Source: a virus (lineage: Duplodnaviria > Heunggongvirae > Uroviricota > Caudoviricetes). Taken from it: a DNA stretch of 7,149 nt. Position numbers and translations under genes: made by a program. Positions within the stretch are counted from its first letter, which is position 1, and every line of letters starts with the position of its first letter. Location: the IMG/VR virus record IMGVR_UViG_2585427792_000017, one strand, 5' to 3'. The notes under the pieces were generated by a model. It saw only the letters and a list, made by a program, of their open reading frames with translations. It had not been told where the DNA came from and ran no database searches. Shown here piece by piece: positions 5,735 through 7,149 of this stretch.

Positions 5735-5761
5735 TTAATACTCAAATGGTTATCTTGTCAA
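5735..5761 (-). promoter_or_regulatory. Candidate early promoter Pe (- strand)
   Basis: Perfect -35 TTGACA (reverse complement of 5756-5761) and -10-like TATTAA (reverse complement of 5735-5740). The spacer is only 15 bp, so this is tentative. The -35 overlaps one GGTTATCTT half-site and the palindrome lies just downstream. Confidence 0.3.
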
Positions 5762-6087
5762 TAGACTACGCAAAAAAGTTACGTCAGATACGTAAGGCGG
5801 AAGGGTTAACACAAAAGCAGTTTGCGGATATTACTGGGTTGTCTTTGGCAACCATAAGGAATTACGAATCGGGGCAAAAGAACGCTAGAGCAAAAATCGT
5901 TGAGGCGGTTCTGCAAGTCGATCGCTTTGAAAAATACATGCTGTGGCTAATAAAAGATAAGACGCTACCTGTCGCCGGGCAGATTGCTCCGGCTCTCTCT
6001 CTTGATGGATCTATTCAGTCGGAGGGCGATCAGGTTTCAATCGGTATTACCCAAAAATCACCCCGATCAGGCCGCAATGTTGGCTGA
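5746..6087 (+). CDS. C: Immunity repressor C (P2 C family), 113 aa
   Basis: The track ORF starts at TTG 5692. ATG 5746 (MVILSIDYAKKLRQIRKAEGLTQKQFADITGLSLATIRNYESGQ...GQIAPALS) aligns by eye with P2 C (HTH, YESG, GQIAPAL). GAGAGG lies 11 nt upstream. Confidence 0.75.
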   Translation: MVILSIDYAKKLRQIRKAEGLTQKQFADITGLSLATIRNYESGQKNARAKIVEAVLQVDRFEKYMLWLIKDKTLPVAGQIAPALSLDGSIQSEGDQVSIGITQKSPRSGRNVG

Positions 6088-6156
6088 CTCTACACATTGA
6101 GCGAATTACATATCGCAAGGAGTGTTTAGTTAATTTATCCGTTGGAGGGGCTAATC

Positions 6157-7149
6157 ATGTCGATTAAGCAACTCAAAGACGGACGTTATCAGGTCGATGT
6201 CAGACCGCAGGGGGCGGAAGGAAAGCGGATTCGAAAAATCTTTGCCCTGAAATCAAAGGCTCAGGAGTTTGAGAAGTATGTGTTACAGAACTTTCATGAC
6301 AAGCCATGGCAGGCTAAGCCAGCTGATCAGCGGCGATTATCAGAGCTGCTTGATGCGTGGTGGATGCTTGATGGGCGTAATCAGGCTTACGGGGATAGCT
6401 ACAGGGTTAGGCTAGGGAAGGTTGTTCGTGAAATGGGAGATCCTCGCGCCAGTCAGATGACGCGAAAATTTATGCTTGAATATCGGTCAGAGAAATTACA
6501 GGCCGGATTAATGCCGTCCAGTATTAATCGTGACTTATGCGTACTGTCTACCATGTTCACGGTGCTGATTGAAGCTGAGGTCTTTCACAACGCGAACCCT
6601 GTACGCGGTATACGAAAACTGAAAGTTCAGAACACAGAGATGGCCTTTCTTTCTGATGATGAGATTGAACGGCTTCTTGAGCGACTGGAGGGTGATGCGC
6701 GTCGTGTTGCCATTCTGTGTCTTTCTACTGGTGCCCGATGGAGTGAAGCATCGGAACTACGTGGAGAGCATATCGTTGGCAACCGGGTGACGTTCTTTAA
6801 CACCAAAAACGGAAAATCCCGTTCGGTTCCTGTGGCGGATTCGGTCGTGCCTCTGATTAAAACCCGTCGAACGGGGTTATTGTATCAGGTTGATTATCTG
6901 AAGTTCCGGGAGATTCTTCAGGAGGTGAAACCGGATTTGCCGAAGGGGCAGGCTACGCATGTCATGCGTCATACATTTGCCACACACTTTATGATGAATG
7001 GCGGAAATATTGTTACGTTGCAACGAATCCTGGGGCACGCAACGATTCAGCAAACAATGACGTACGCTCATTTTTCGCCGGACTTTTTACTGGACGCGAT
7101 CAACTTTAATCCGCTGGCTGAAAGTGTCCATAAACTGTCCATCGATTAG
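6157..7149 (+). CDS. int: Tyrosine recombinase, P2-type integrase, 330 aa
   Basis: The track ORF starts at TTG 6142. ATG 6157 has GGAGG 8 nt upstream. MSIKQLKDGRYQVDVRPQG..., TGARWSE, HVMRHTFATHF and TMTYAHF match the P2 Int pattern including the catalytic R, H-x-x-R and Y. Stop TAG 7147-7149. Confidence 0.9.
   Translation: MSIKQLKDGRYQVDVRPQGAEGKRIRKIFALKSKAQEFEKYVLQNFHDKPWQAKPADQRRLSELLDAWWMLDGRNQAYGDSYRVRLGKVVREMGDPRASQMTRKFMLEYRSEKLQAGLMPSSINRDLCVLSTMFTVLIEAEVFHNANPVRGIRKLKVQNTEMAFLSDDEIERLLERLEGDARRVAILCLSTGARWSEASELRGEHIVGNRVTFFNTKNGKSRSVPVADSVVPLIKTRRTGLLYQVDYLKFREILQEVKPDLPKGQATHVMRHTFATHFMMNGGNIVTLQRILGHATIQQTMTYAHFSPDFLLDAINFNPLAESVHKLSID

Larger units (their letters stand above)
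5642..5745. promoter_or_regulatory. Immunity switch region between divergent cox and C
   Basis: 104-bp intergenic region with operator-like repeats. By analogy with P2, the early (Pe) and repressor (Pc) promoters are expected here. Confidence 0.6.
1..7149. mobile_element. Segment of a P2-family temperate prophage: gpA (partial), small early genes, cox, C repressor, integrase
   Basis: Gene order and orientation match the P2 int-C / cox-...-A layout in mirror image. int and C are on one strand; cox and the replication gene are divergent on the other. The attachment site would lie beyond 7149. Confidence 0.8.

Noticed and set aside
5368-5745. ORFs 5368-5577 (+) and 5431-5745 (-)
   Set aside because: Both overlap cox in other frames; junk-like composition.
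6877-7071. 64-aa - strand ORF
   Set aside because: Antisense within the integrase gene.
1-7149. CRISPR arrays, tRNA genes, insertion sequences, LexA/SOS boxes
   Set aside because: No spacer-repeat arrays, no tRNA-like sequence (the attachment site is presumably beyond 7149), no transposase or terminal inverted repeats, and no CTGT-N8-ACAG match on scanning by eye.

Overview
The window reads as one arm of a P2-family temperate prophage, seen in mirror orientation relative to the usual P2 map. On the + strand at the right end sit the immunity repressor C (5746-6087) and a tyrosine integrase (6157-7149). Divergent from C, the whole early lytic operon runs on the - strand: a Cox-like excisionase/regulator (5641-5120), a chain of small tightly packed genes, and the N-terminal 280 codons of the replication initiator gpA (840-1, continuing past the window start). 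All homology statements come from reading the translations and recalling P2 protein sequences; no search was run. Three things are not explained by a plain P2 early region. (1) An AT-rich ~1 kb island (about 4150-5110) carries a 146-codon gene on the opposite (lysogeny) strand with its own ribosome-binding site and terminator. (2) A 322-bp GC-rich non-coding gap inside the operon (1516-1837) holds an intrinsic terminator and a three-stem RNA structure whose mismatches are all G-U wobbles only on the - strand transcript. (3) An AT-rich gap (2939-3239) holds two unlisted small ORFs. Many ORFs in the six-frame track are antisense shadows or TTG-extended versions of real genes and are rejected.
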